Part shown: positions 23,140-33,740 of the stretch, in pieces | How the letters are laid out: each line of letters opens with the position of its first letter | How positions within the stretch are numbered: position 1 is the first letter of the stretch | Assembly: GCF_006345805.1 (NCBI RefSeq) | Contig: NW_021834610.1 | Span: 1-46,289, forward strand | From: Octopus sinensis | Taxonomy: Eukaryota | Direction: 5' to 3' | Length of the DNA stretch: 46,289 bases | The notes under the pieces: generated by a model | Seen by the model: the letters and a program-made list of their open reading frames with translations, nothing else | What the model was told of the DNA's origin: nothing | Databases searched by the model: none | Translations under genes and position numbers: made by a program

Positions 23140-23230
23140 TATTATCATTGGAAAGAAATCCAAAGTCTTACAGCCGTTTCTGGGATATCCCCAAGCTGTA
23201 AGACTTAGGAATTTCTTTCCAATGATAATA
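23140..23230. repeat. Near-perfect inverted repeat (~35-bp arms, 20-nt spacer)
   Basis: TATTATCATTGGAAAGAAAT...AAGTCTTACAGC / GCTGTAAGACTT...ATTTCTTTCCAATGATAATA. Confidence 0.9.
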
Positions 23231-23866
23231 ATATATATGACTTGAGATGTTTTGCCTTGCCTTAATGTTTGTTGTCCTCTTTAACAATTATATATCTGCT
23301 TCATCAGAGATCTGCAATGGCTCCATAACCACCATCTCGGCTATAATCTTGGAGCCCTAGTAATCCGTTACAGCACTTACCTGGCATACCTAATCGTTTA
23401 GATCACCTGTGAACTAAAGCCCTCCTTAACAATTATATATATGTGTGTGTGTGTGTATATATATAGGGTTAATGCAGGCACTCTGCCTTTCATTCTTTTG
23501 GGGTTGATAAATTAAGTACCAGTTGTGTACTGGGGGGCGATCTAATCGACTGGTCCCCTCCTCAAATAGTTCAGTGAAGCCAATGGATTAAAACAACAAA
23601 AATTCCAGGTGAAATGAGATCATTTCCCTCAGGTAAAGTTACCTCATTTGAATTAATGCCACTGTCTTGGAAAGGCATGTTTGCCACATCCTCACTTCCT
23701 GTTTTTCTAAAAAAATATTGGACCTTGAAATAGAATAATTTCCAACAGGAATTGACACCATGTTGTGGTTTGCTCTTTCAGCCGAGTTGGTATCAAAAGG
23801 GTTTAATTTGAAGATTTTGTTCCACATAATTGTTTGACTTGTTAGAAATAGCAGCCAAATCTTTAA

Positions 23867-24482
23867 CCCTTTTGTTACCATATTCCTGTTGAGACTATCT
23901 GTGTTTCTTTCAAATAATTTTAAATGTAACAAAGAATTTAGTAAAATAACTTTGTTATCATTAAGCTAGTGTTAGGAACATAAATTGTGACTAAGGTTTG
24001 GTGGAAGATTTTAATTCAGAACTTTTGAAAACAAGACATTTGTACTACAGAGCCAGAGGTGGATTCAGCTGGGTTGGGATAAAAAAAGGTTAATTTGCAG
24101 ATTTTGTTTCACTTGTTAGAAATAGCAGCCAAATCTTGTGCAAACTGAAGACACATTTGACTGACTGTCTTTAACCCTTTTGTTACCAACCCGGCTGAAA
24201 CCGGCTCTGGCTCTAAGTACAAATGTCTAATTTTCATAAGTTTTGAATTAAAATCTCACCCCTTCTACCACTACTCTCCCCTCTCTCTCTCTCTCTCTTT
24301 GTCTCTCTCTCTTTGTCTTTCTCTCTTTGTCTCTCTTTCTCTCTCTTTGTCTCTCTCCCTGTCCATTCTCTGATTCAATGTTTATTTTATTGTTATATAT
24401 ATGTCAGTCAATGAAAGTACAGTGGAACAGAATAATGATGATGATGATGGTAATAATAATAATAATAATAATAGTAATAGTA

Positions 24483-24519
<37 letters not shown>

Positions 24520-24828
24520 TAATAATAATAATAATAATAATATTAATAATAATGATAATAATAATAATAATAATATTAATAATAATGTTCCTAACACTAG
24601 CTGAATGATCACTAAGTTATTTTACTAAATTCTTGGTTATATTTAAGATTAATTGAAAGAAAAATAGGCGCAGGAGTGGCTGTGTGGTAAGTAGCTTGCT
24701 AACCAACCACATGGTTCCGGGTTCAGTCCCACTGTGTGGTATCTTGGGCAAGTGTCTTCTGCTATAGCCCTGGGCCGACCAATGCCTTGTGAGTGGATTT
24801 GGTAGACGGAAACTGAAAGAAGCCTATC

Positions 24829-24911
<83 letters not shown>

Positions 24912-25662
24912 TGTGTCTGTGTTTGTCCCCCTAGCATTGCTTGACAACCGATGCTGGTGTGTTTACGTCCCTGTCACTTAGCGGTTCGGCAAAAGAGACC
25001 GATAGAATAAGTACTGGGCTTACAAAGAATAAGTCCCAGGGTCGATTTGCTTGACTAAAGGCAGTGCTCCAGCATTGGCCGCAGTCAAATGACTGAAACG
25101 AGTAAAAGAGTAAAAGAGAGAGTATCTCAAAATAAATACAGTGATGAAAGGGTTAACCCTTTCGTTACCCTATTTCTGTTGAGATGCTCTGTGTTTCTTT
25201 CGATTAATTTTAAATGTAACAAAGAATTTAGTAAATTAACTTCGTTATCGTTAAGCTAGTGTTAGGAACCTAAATTGTGACTAAGGCTTGGCAGAAGATT
25301 TTAATTTCAAAACTCATGAAACCAAGACATTTGTACTACAGAGCCAGAGGTGGTTTCAGCTGGGTTTGTATCGAAAGGGTTAATTTACAGATTTTGTTTC
25401 ACATAGTTGTTTGACTTGTTAGAAATAGCAGCCAAATCTTGTGCAAACTGAAGTTGACTGACTGTCTTTAGCCCTTTTCTTACCATATTTCTGTTGAGAT
25501 GCTCTGAGTTTCTTTCAATTACTTTAAATATAACAAAGAATTTAGTAAAATAACTTCGTTATCATTAAGCTAGTGTTAGGAACATAAATTGTGACTAAGG
25601 TTTGAAAAGACATTTGTAGCCCAGGGTCAGAAGTGGTTTCAGGTGGATTGGCATCGAAAGGG
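23867..25662. mobile_element. Cluster of piggyBac-type MITEs (family G): 23867-24089, 24175-25152 (interrupted), 25157-25379, 25472-25662
   Basis: Each is ~220 bp with CCCTTT...AAAGGG-like termini and mostly TTAA flanks (TTAG at 25468-25471). Copies 2 and 3 share one TTAA at 25153-25156. Confidence 0.85.
24666..25120 (+). mobile_element. SINE family A nested in a G MITE
   Basis: Matches family A. G sequence resumes after the tail. Confidence 0.9.
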
Positions 25663-25714
25663 TTAACTAAAAGCCGTAAAGTGTTGTGACAGAGGAGGAG
25701 CTGCCATTCTTAGC

Positions 25715-26119
25715 TTTTTTTTTTTTATTATTTTGAAGCACTCCGTCGGTTCCGACGACGAGGGTTCCGGTTGATCCGAATCAACGGAACAGCCTGCTCG
25801 TGAAATTAACGTGTAAGTGGCTGAGCACTCCACAGACATGTGTACCCTTAACGTAGTTCTCGGGGATATTCAGCGTGACACAGAGAGTGACAAGGCCGGC
25901 CCTTTTGAAATACAGGTACAACAGAAATAGGAAGTAAGAGTGAGAGAAAGTTGTGGTGAAAGAGTACAGCAGGGATCACCACCATCCCCTGCCGGTCCTC
26001 GTGGAGCTTTTTAGGTGTTTTCGCTCAATAAACACTCACAACGCCCGGTCTGGGAATCGAAACCGCGATCCTATGACCGCGAGTCCGCTGCCCTAACCAC
26101 CGGGCCATTGCGCCTCCAC
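25715..26119 (-). mobile_element. SINE family B, full length, A-rich tail
   Basis: 12-bp TSD GCCATTCTTAGC at 25703-25714 and 26120-26131. Confidence 0.92.
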
Positions 26120-26274
26120 GCCATTCTTAGCAACCAGTCCAATCTTAGAAATTCCGGTGCAGTTAGTTCTATCACCCTAAATAGCCATGGTAACCTGGTC
26201 GTTCGTTGATGATGGGAAGAAAATTAGAGAGGAGGATATATCGTTGGAATGAGTCAGTTCGTTTAAGAGGTGTT

Positions 26275-26620
26275 AACAACAACAACAACTGCAGGAACAG
26301 CAACAACAGCATTTGTATGTTCTCATTACTTTCAGTATCATTATCTGCTGCTGCTGCTGTTGTTGTTGTTGTTCTTCTTCTTCTAATTCTTCTTCTTTCA
26401 TTTCTTCTTCTAATTCTTCTTCTTCTTTCATTTCTTCTTCTTCTTCTAATTCTTCTTCTTTCATTTTTTGTTGTTGTTGTTGTTGTTGTCCTTCTTCTTC
26501 TTCTTCTTCTTCTTCTTCTTCTTCTTCTTCTTCTTCTTCTTCTAATTCTTCTTTCATTTCTTCTATCTTCCATTCTCACTTTTCACACACCACACACACA
26601 CACACACACGCAGAAACACA
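26275..26620. repeat. Compound (AAC)/(TGT)/(TTC)/(CA) microsatellite
   Basis: Direct inspection. Confidence 0.95.
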
Positions 26621-27221
26621 CACACACACTTTTTTCTCTTCCTCCCTCTCCCTCCCCTTCCCTCTCTTCCTCCACCATCAATTTTCTACAATTCTACATT
26701 TCCATAATTCCATCCCCATCTTATTCAAAGGCTTCCAATAGGAATTACCCCGCCTCCTACCTCCACCTTCTCCACCCATCCACACACACACATACACACT
26801 TAATAATTCTTTAACAAAAAAAAACAAAAAAATAGTTGGGAAGGAAAAAAATAAAGAACTGGTACCACATTTAGAATTCCTCCTTTCTTGAGTGTTCCAT
26901 GCTCCTCCCTTCCTCTCTCTCTCTCTCTCTCTTCCTCCTTTATTATTCCTCATCCTTCTGACCCTGCCCCATCCTCTTCATACTATATTTTTATTTAATA
27001 ATCTAATATTCTCTTTGAACAGCATCACATGGTATTTGGCTAGTTTTTGCATTTTTACCAAAAACTTTTTTCCTAATGAACCAAAAATAGCAGCAAATTA
27101 TTAACATCTTAGCTATTTTTCACTGTGGTTTGAGCAGTGGTGCTTAATTGGGGCCCATATGGACCTTCAGGGCCCATATAAGATTTTGCTGTTAAAATTT
27201 ATCTGCAATAAATTACACTTT

Positions 27222-27623
27222 ACTCTCTCTCTCTTTTACTCTTTTACTTGTTTCAGTCATTTTGACTGTGGCCATGCTGGAGCACCGCCTTTAATCGAGC
27301 AAATTGACCCCGGGACTTATTCTTTTGTAAGCCCAGTACTTATTCTATCGGTCTCTTTTGCCGAACCGCTAAGTGACGGGGATGTAAACACACCAGCATC
27401 GGTTGTCAAGCAATGCTAGGGGGGACAAACACAGACACACAAACACACACACATATATATGATGGGCTTCTTTCAGTTTCCGTCTAACAAATCCACTCAC
27501 AAGGCTTTGATCGGCCCGAGGCTATAGTAGAAGACACTTGCCCAACGTGCCACGCAGTGGGACTGAACCCAGAACCATGTGGTTGATAGACAAGCTACTT
27601 ACCACACAGCCACTCCTGCACCT
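27222..27623 (-). mobile_element. SINE family A, full length
   Basis: Matches the family A sequence. Confidence 0.9.
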
Positions 27624-27824
27624 TGGTTGTGTTTCTATAAATGCAAAAATATTTAAGCTTCTCTTTTTTTTTTTTTGTACAGTTCCTAACAATATTTAAG
27701 TATAAAAGTATAAAAGGGTTTTTAAAACATAAAATGGCCTTTGAGGGTCCATCCGAATAAAGCAGAAATCAAAAGGGCTCCATAGGTAAAAAATGATTAA
27801 GAAACACTGGTCTAACTTGTGAAG

Positions 27825-27859
27825 TAGACGGAAACTGAAAGAAACCCGTCGCATATACG

Positions 27860-27894
<35 letters not shown>

Positions 27895-28108
27895 ATGTTT
27901 GTGTGTCTGTGTTTGTCCCCCTAACATTGCTTGGGAACCGATGCTGGTGTGTTTATGTCCCTGTCACTTAGCAGTTCGGCAAAAGGGACCGATAGAATAA
28001 GTACTGGGCTTACAAAGAATAAAACCCGGGGTCGAGTTGCTTGACTAAAGGCGGTGCTCCAGCATGGCCACAGTCAAATGACTGAAACAAGTAAAAGAGT
28101 AAAAGAGT
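27825..28108 (+). mobile_element. SINE family A, 5'-truncated
   Basis: Begins at GTAGACGGAAACTG. Intact tail. Confidence 0.85.
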
Positions 28109-28224
28109 ATACATCTGTGCACATGCATACGTATACTTACTGAAACATATAGCTCCTGCACACATACTCATGCTCTGATACATACACATACACACACACA
28201 CCACCACCACCACCACCACCAACA

Positions 28225-28260
<36 letters not shown>

Positions 28261-28269
28261 TATATATGT

Positions 28270-28470
28270 ACGCCATGATGGACCGTTAGCTCCTATACGC
28301 ATTTTTTTTCTCTCCCTGTTTCTTTTCTGTGTATCTTTCTGTCGAAGAGCATAGGCTCGAAACGTAAAAGACTTGTTCTATTTCTATTCCTGAGCGCCAT
28401 ACTAATACATTTATTTGTTTGTACTCCACTGCCTTCGTCTTTTTGTTTTTTCGTAAACCTTCCCGTTATA
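28270..28470 (+). mobile_element. Family F: ~200-bp non-coding element with hammerhead-like motif, ending at (TA)n
   Basis: Collinear with 34415-34610. TCTTT-CTGTCGA-A-GAGC-ATAG-GCTC-GAAAC-GTA-AAAGA at 28334-28371. Confidence 0.75.
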
Positions 28471-28476
28471 TATATT

Positions 28477-28507
<31 letters not shown>

Positions 28508-28522
28508 ATATTATATTATTTA

Positions 28523-28568
<46 letters not shown>

Positions 28569-28572
28569 TATA

Positions 28573-28952
28573 GTGGCATGTAAAAAGCTCCATCCAAACG
28601 TGGTCAATGCCAGATCCGCATAAACGGCTCCAGTGCTGGTGGCAAGTAAAAAGCTCCAACCGATCGTGACCGATGCCAGTAGCCCCTGACCGGCTCCTGG
28701 GCTGGTGGTACGTAAAAAAGCACCATCCGAACGTGATCGTTGCCAGGCCAGCTTGACTGGCTCCAGTGCCGGTGGCACGTAAAAAACACCCACTACACTC
28801 TCGGAGTGGTTGGCATTAATTAGGAAGGGCATCCAGCTGTAGAAACTCTGCCAGACCAGATTGGAGTCTGGTGCAGCCTGCTGGCTCTCCGGACCTCAGT
28901 CAAACCGTCCAACCCATGCCAGCATGGGAAACGGACGTTAAACGATGATGAT
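28573..28952 (+). mobile_element. Family E with four internal units
   Basis: Repeated GTGGCA.GTAAAAAGC.CCA units, E 3' block, (ATG) tail running into (GGT)n. Confidence 0.85.
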
Positions 28953-29176
28953 GGTGATGGTGGTGGTGGTGGTGGTGGTGGTGGTGGAGGCTAGTGGTGT
29001 TGGTGGTGTTGGTGGTGGCAGCGGTGGTGGTGGTGGTGGTGGTGGTGGTGGTGACGATGATGATGATGATGATGTTCTTCCAAGGAAGTATTTGAAACTT
29101 CATGACCAGATCTCAATTTTGTAATTGTATCTCCTTTAACCCTTTGACATTGGTGATGTCAAGTGGTAGAGTAAAA

Positions 29177-29213
<37 letters not shown>

Positions 29214-29879
29214 ACAGTGGAGGATGAGAAAACTGCTATTAATTTCCTATGTTCTTCGTTTAATTAACCAGTTCAAGTGTGTTTTTCCTGCTTTCGACTA
29301 TTATGTCTTTCACAAGAGCATACACTTACAAGCATTTCACTTGAAGTATTTTTGGCACCACATTTACACCTATCTCAATACAAGACCTTAAAGCTAACTC
29401 TGGCTCACATTAACGTGAACGTCGACCTTATGACCTTCTTAGCTTTCAACTTCTTAAAAACAAAGTTTTATGTCGGAGTTGGATCTCTGCACAATTGAAT
29501 ACAGATTATTTTTCGTAAAAACCTTTATGAAAGAAAACAGAAGTAAAACAACAGATGTTTAAATAATTGCGTGGTTAATGTCAAAACCTGTTTGTTAATT
29601 TGCTTCAAATTGCTGTTCTCAGTGTTTGTTTGTCATTTTGTAGGTTGTTTTTTTACCTTTTTTATGCATATCTGATCAATAGCACCATTGTTTACAGATT
29701 TTTAATGGGCCAATCCCTGGTCCATTACATTTACAATGGCTAGAAGAAGAGAGAGAAACAAGGGAGTGACTGAGATAATTCGGGAGGAACAATTATCACT
29801 AAGGATTTACATTTCAAAGCACTGGTCTTTTGGCAGTTTTCTCACCAATGTATATTGCCAATACATACACACTGACATT

Positions 29880-30395
29880 CTGTTGGTTACAACGATGAGG
29901 GTCCCAGTTGATCTGATCAACAGAACTGCTTGCCCGTGAATTAATGTGCAAGTGGCTGAGCACTCCATAAACACACGTACCCTTAATGTAGTTCTCAGGG
30001 AGATTCAGCATGACATAGAGTGTGAAAAGGTAGGCCCTTTGAATGACACAGAATGGAACAAGGTAGGCCCTTTGAATGACACAGAATGTAACAAGGTAGA
30101 CCCTTTGAATGACACAGAATGTGACAAGGTAGGCCCTTTTGAATGACACAGAATGTGACAAGGTAGACCCTTTGAATGACACAGAATGTGACAAGGTAGA
30201 CCCTTTGAATGACACAGAATGTGACAAGGTGGGCCCTTTGAATGACACAGAACATGACAAGGTAGACCCTTTGAATGACACAGAATGTGACAAGGTAGGC
30301 CCTTTGAATGGCACAGAATGGGACAAGGTAGACCCTTTGAATGGCACAGAATGGGACATGGTAGGCCTTTTTCAGCTGAGTGGACTGAAGCAAAG
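29880..30395 (-). mobile_element. Family C/B-type SINE with internal 33-bp minisatellite expansion (~11 units, 30008-30371)
   Basis: Unit GAATGACACAGAATGTGACAAGGTAG(G/A)CCCTTT derives from the SINE segment GTGACACAGAGTGTGACAAGGC.GGCCCTTTGAA. Confidence 0.85.
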
Positions 30396-30407
30396 ATAAA
30401 TAAACTG

Positions 30408-30716
30408 GAGCCCCATCGGTTACAACGACGAGGATTTTAGTTGATTTGATCAATGGAATAGCCTGCTTGTGAAATTAACATGCAAGTGGCTGAGTACTCC
30501 ACAGACATGCATTCCCTTAATGTAGTTATCAGGGAGATTTAGTGTGACACAGAATGTGACAAGGCTGGCCCCTTTGAATTACAGGTACAAGTTATTTTTG
30601 CCAGCTGAGTGGACTGGAGCAATAAAGTGAAATAAAGTGTCTTGCTCAAGGACAAAATGCACTACCAGGAATTGAAATCACAGCCCCATGATTGCAATCC
30701 AAATACCCTACCCACT
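30408..30716 (-). mobile_element. Diverged family C SINE
   Basis: Collinear with 22803-23130. Confidence 0.75.
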
Positions 30717-30933
30717 CACCCACCAACTCGTATGTGTGTGACCAGCTTCTGCACAGTTTCTTTTGAGCAAATTCCTTTCACATGTTGTGAGTCAACCCAA
30801 GTCAGCCTGAAGAGAATTGTGCTTGTGGTGTTGTGCAGTCGGATGAGAAATCAGAACCACAGGGATGTGAAACAGACTTCTTACATAGAGCTTTAGCTAT
30901 TGCTTATTGGTTGTATTAGGTTTAATTATAAAA

Positions 30934-31210
30934 AGTGTGGCTGTGTGGTAAGAAGCTTGCTTCCCAACCACATGGTTCTGAGTTCAGTTCCACTGCATGA
31001 CATCTTGGGTAAGGATCTTCTATAATAGCCTTGGGATGAATAAAGCCTTGTGAGTGGTTTTGGTTGGTGGAAACTGAAAGAAGCCTGTCGTTTGTGTGTG
31101 CATGTACATGCGTTCATGTATGGGTGTGTGTGTTTTTGAGCCCTGGGGGTCAATGTAATTGATTCACCTCCTCCTCTAAATTTCAGGCTCTGTACCAATC
31201 ATAGAAAGTT
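30934..31210 (+). mobile_element. Older A-type SINE head joined to a D-type tail
   Basis: A head to GAAAGAAGCCTGTCG, then (GT)n, then GGGGTCAATGTAATTGA...CCTCCTCTAAATTTCAGGC, similar to the D-variant tail at ~33295-33357. Confidence 0.55.
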
Positions 31211-31242
31211 TTATTATTATTATTATTATCATCATCATCATT

Positions 31243-31930
31243 GAGGATGTATGGTTGAGTGGTTAGGGTGTTGAGCTCACAATTGTGGGGTCGTGGTTTC
31301 CGTTCCTAGACCGGGCGGTACGTTGTGCTTTTGAACAGAAACACTTCATCTCACGTTGCTCTGCAATCGCCTTGACACCTGATGCATGACACACCTTACA
31401 CCTGTTCAGGTAACGTTGATTTGATGGAGAGAGAGGGAGAGAGAGATAGAGAGAGAGAGAGCTAACGTACAGCACATACATTTGATCTCTATAAACAAAT
31501 CGCAGGAGTGGCTGTGTGGTAAGTAGCTTGCTTACCAACCACATGGTTCCGGGTTCAGTCCCAATGCGTGGCATCTTGGGCAAGTGTCTTCTGCTATAGC
31601 CTCGGGCCGACCAATGCCTTGTGAGTGGATTTGGTAGACGGAAACTGAAAAGAAGCCCGTCGTATATATGTATATATATATATATATGTGTGTGTGTGTT
31701 TGTCCCCCTAGCATTGCTTGACAACCGATGCTGGTGTGTTTATGTCCCCGTTACATAGCGGCTCGGCAAAAGGAGCCTGATAGAATAAGTACTGGGCTTA
31801 CAAAAGAATAAGTCCCGGGGTCGAGTTGCTCGACTAAAAGGCGGTGCTCCAGCATGGCCGCAGTCAAATGACTGAAACAAGTAAAAGAGTAAAAGAGTAA
31901 ATCATTTGTGCAGGTCATTTAACAAAAGAC
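31243..31930 (+). mobile_element. tRNA-headed SINE (family H) interrupted by SINE A (31502-31898)
   Basis: Head TGGTTGAGTGG...GGTTTCCGTTCC. The nested A copy has a 5-bp TSD AAATC at 31497-31501 and 31899-31903. Confidence 0.65.
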
Positions 31931-31994
31931 ATCTTTAACAGGGAGATCATCATCATCATCACCACCACCATCATCATCATCTCTCTTTATCACA

Positions 31995-32232
31995 GGTTTT
32001 GTTGTAATACCTGGAGTCTTACCTGTGTAGCAGACTTGCTACCTGCAGCCTATGGTACCATGCCATCCGTTCTTTTCAACCATCTCATACTTACCTGATT
32101 ATTAGTCTGGAAATTTCCTTGATATTCCCCCTTGATGCCTTCTGATACTGTCCCCAAGGACCCAACAATAATTGGCACTATCTTCACCTACTTCATTTTC
32201 CATAGCTAGGCTATTTCATACTTAAAAGGGTG
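31995..32232 (-). mobile_element. R4/Dong-like (RLE-type) LINE 3' fragment 1
   Basis: KYEIA*LWKMK*VKIVPIIVGSLGTVS resembles the RLE C-terminal motif KY..L..EI.RLW.MK.V..VPIV.GALG. Confidence 0.7.
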
Positions 32233-32283
<51 letters not shown>

Positions 32284-32299
32284 TACTATTATTATCATT

Positions 32300-32655
32300 A
32301 TTCATTAGTCCTATTCTTATCATGTGCTTTCACTTCACTACTGAGCACAGCTCTGTGTGCCTTGGCTATGTGCTGTGGTTTGTTGTGATGCTCTTACTTT
32401 TACTGTATTGAAAGTGTTTTATGTAGGATGTGTGCAGTGCCTAGTAGTGCTACTTTCTGTATGTTATATATACTCGTAAGTCCTGCTGTTTTTGTTATGT
32501 ATTTGTCTGAATATATTTTTATCATACATAATGCAACTACTATGATAGGAATTGTTTCTGTTTTTAGGTTCCACATTCAAGTTACCTCTGTTTCCAGGTC
32601 TTTGTATTTTGAAAATTTCTCCATTTCTTTCAGAGAAACATTGTCATCTGTTGGT
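32300..32655 (-). mobile_element. R4/Dong-like LINE 3' end 2, flanked by (TAA)n on both sides
   Basis: PTDDNVSLKEMEKFSKYKDLETEVT*MWNLKTETIPIIVVAL...IQKVALLGTAHILHKTLSIQ* (coding 32400-32654), then 3' UTR and (AAT)n. Confidence 0.85.
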
Positions 32656-32656
32656 A

Positions 32657-33147
32657 TTATTATCATTATTATTATTGAGTGAGAGAGTGGTGCATGCCAT
32701 CAAACTGACACTAGGTTACAAATAGACGAAGCCCAGAATACCCATCATAACTACCAGTCTGATAAGGGTACACCAGGCACATGCATCACAATTATATGTG
32801 CGCGACACGATGATCTCATATCAAGATAAACAGCACATGACCTTGCAGGTGGGGCCCAGTTAGAATTTTCTTCGGGTTGAGTAACCCATCCTGCTCAAAA
32901 GGTCCCTGAATAAGGGTTGTTTAAGGATGTTGAACGAAACACCCATGTTTCCAGAGGTGGATTATCCAAGCCCCAAAGAATCCCTCTCAACACATGGCTA
33001 TGATGCTCCCTCACTACTTCTGCTCGTAATCAGAGATGCACATATCATCAACCACCAAGGGACATGCTCCACTGGTTAAGCTGAAACAACTGACAAGCCA
33101 ATCTGTGGTATTGAGCAGAATATTTGCTGTAGACCATCTTTTATACC
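32657..33147. repeat. Unclassified probable interspersed repeat adjoining (ATT)n
   Basis: Non-coding segment bounded by (ATT)n and a D SINE. Single copy here, so classification is unsupported. Confidence 0.3.
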
Positions 33148-33149
33148 TT

Positions 33150-33358
33150 GCTGAGCTGGCAGAATCATTAGCATGCTGGACAAAATGCTTAGTAGTATTT
33201 CGCCTGTCACTCTAATCCGAGTTCAAATTCCGCCGAGGTTGACTTTGCCATTTATCCTTTCAGGGTCAATAAAATAAGTATCAGTCGAGTACTGGGGTCA
33301 ATGTAATTGACTCATCCCCTCCCCTAAAATGTCTGCCCTTATGGCAAAATTTGAAACC
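33150..33358 (+). mobile_element. SINE family D variant
   Basis: D head and core with CCCCTCCCCTAAAAT...GAAACC tail, followed by (ATT)n. Confidence 0.75.
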
Positions 33359-33389
33359 ATTATCATTATTATTATTATTATTATTATTA

Positions 33390-33696
33390 TTCTATGTTTG
33401 ACTTTTGCTTTACATTTGTACAAGTTGGCTCCAAGTCTCACCCAGAGACCTCAAGAGACAACAGGTTGGAAGTTCACGTTGTTATGCCTAGTGTGCCATA
33501 TATTTGGTTGTTTTTTTTTTGGTGTTGTACTAGTGGATGTCTAAAAAAAAAAAAAAAATTATGCTTGTTTTAAACCTTGAGATTACATAGAAAGTATTTT
33601 GCGTAGGATATGAGCAGTTCCCATGAGCACTATCTTTTGAATTGCTGCAATTTTTGCTATCATTCCCAGGGCACCTATGACAACAGGTATTGTTTT

Positions 33697-33700
<4 letters not shown>
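33390..33700 (-). mobile_element. R4/Dong-like LINE 3' end 3, flanked by (TAA)n on both sides
   Basis: TKTIPVVIGALGMIAKIAAIQKIVLMGTAHILRKILSM* (stop at 33583-33585). Confidence 0.85.

Positions 33701-33740
<40 letters not shown>

Noticed and set aside
28573-28800. CRISPR-like repeat/spacer array (also 2031-2245)
   Set aside because: The spacers are homologous to one another, the array is internal to a dispersed (ATG)n-tailed retroelement, there are no cas genes, and the context is eukaryotic.
29696-29739. Possible 44-nt minus-strand host exon (pyrimidine tract + CTAG acceptor, GTAAAC donor; HCKCNGPGIGPLKI)
   Set aside because: The splice-like signals could arise by chance. No recognisable protein similarity or neighbouring exons; needs RNA-seq.
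29946-30453. 11-aa repeat proteins (NDTECDKVDPL)
   Set aside because: Translation of a SINE-derived 33-bp minisatellite, broken by a 34-bp unit.
30805-30880. CTGAAGA...GAAAC as a hammerhead
   Set aside because: No helix II pairing and no helix III or NUH triplet.
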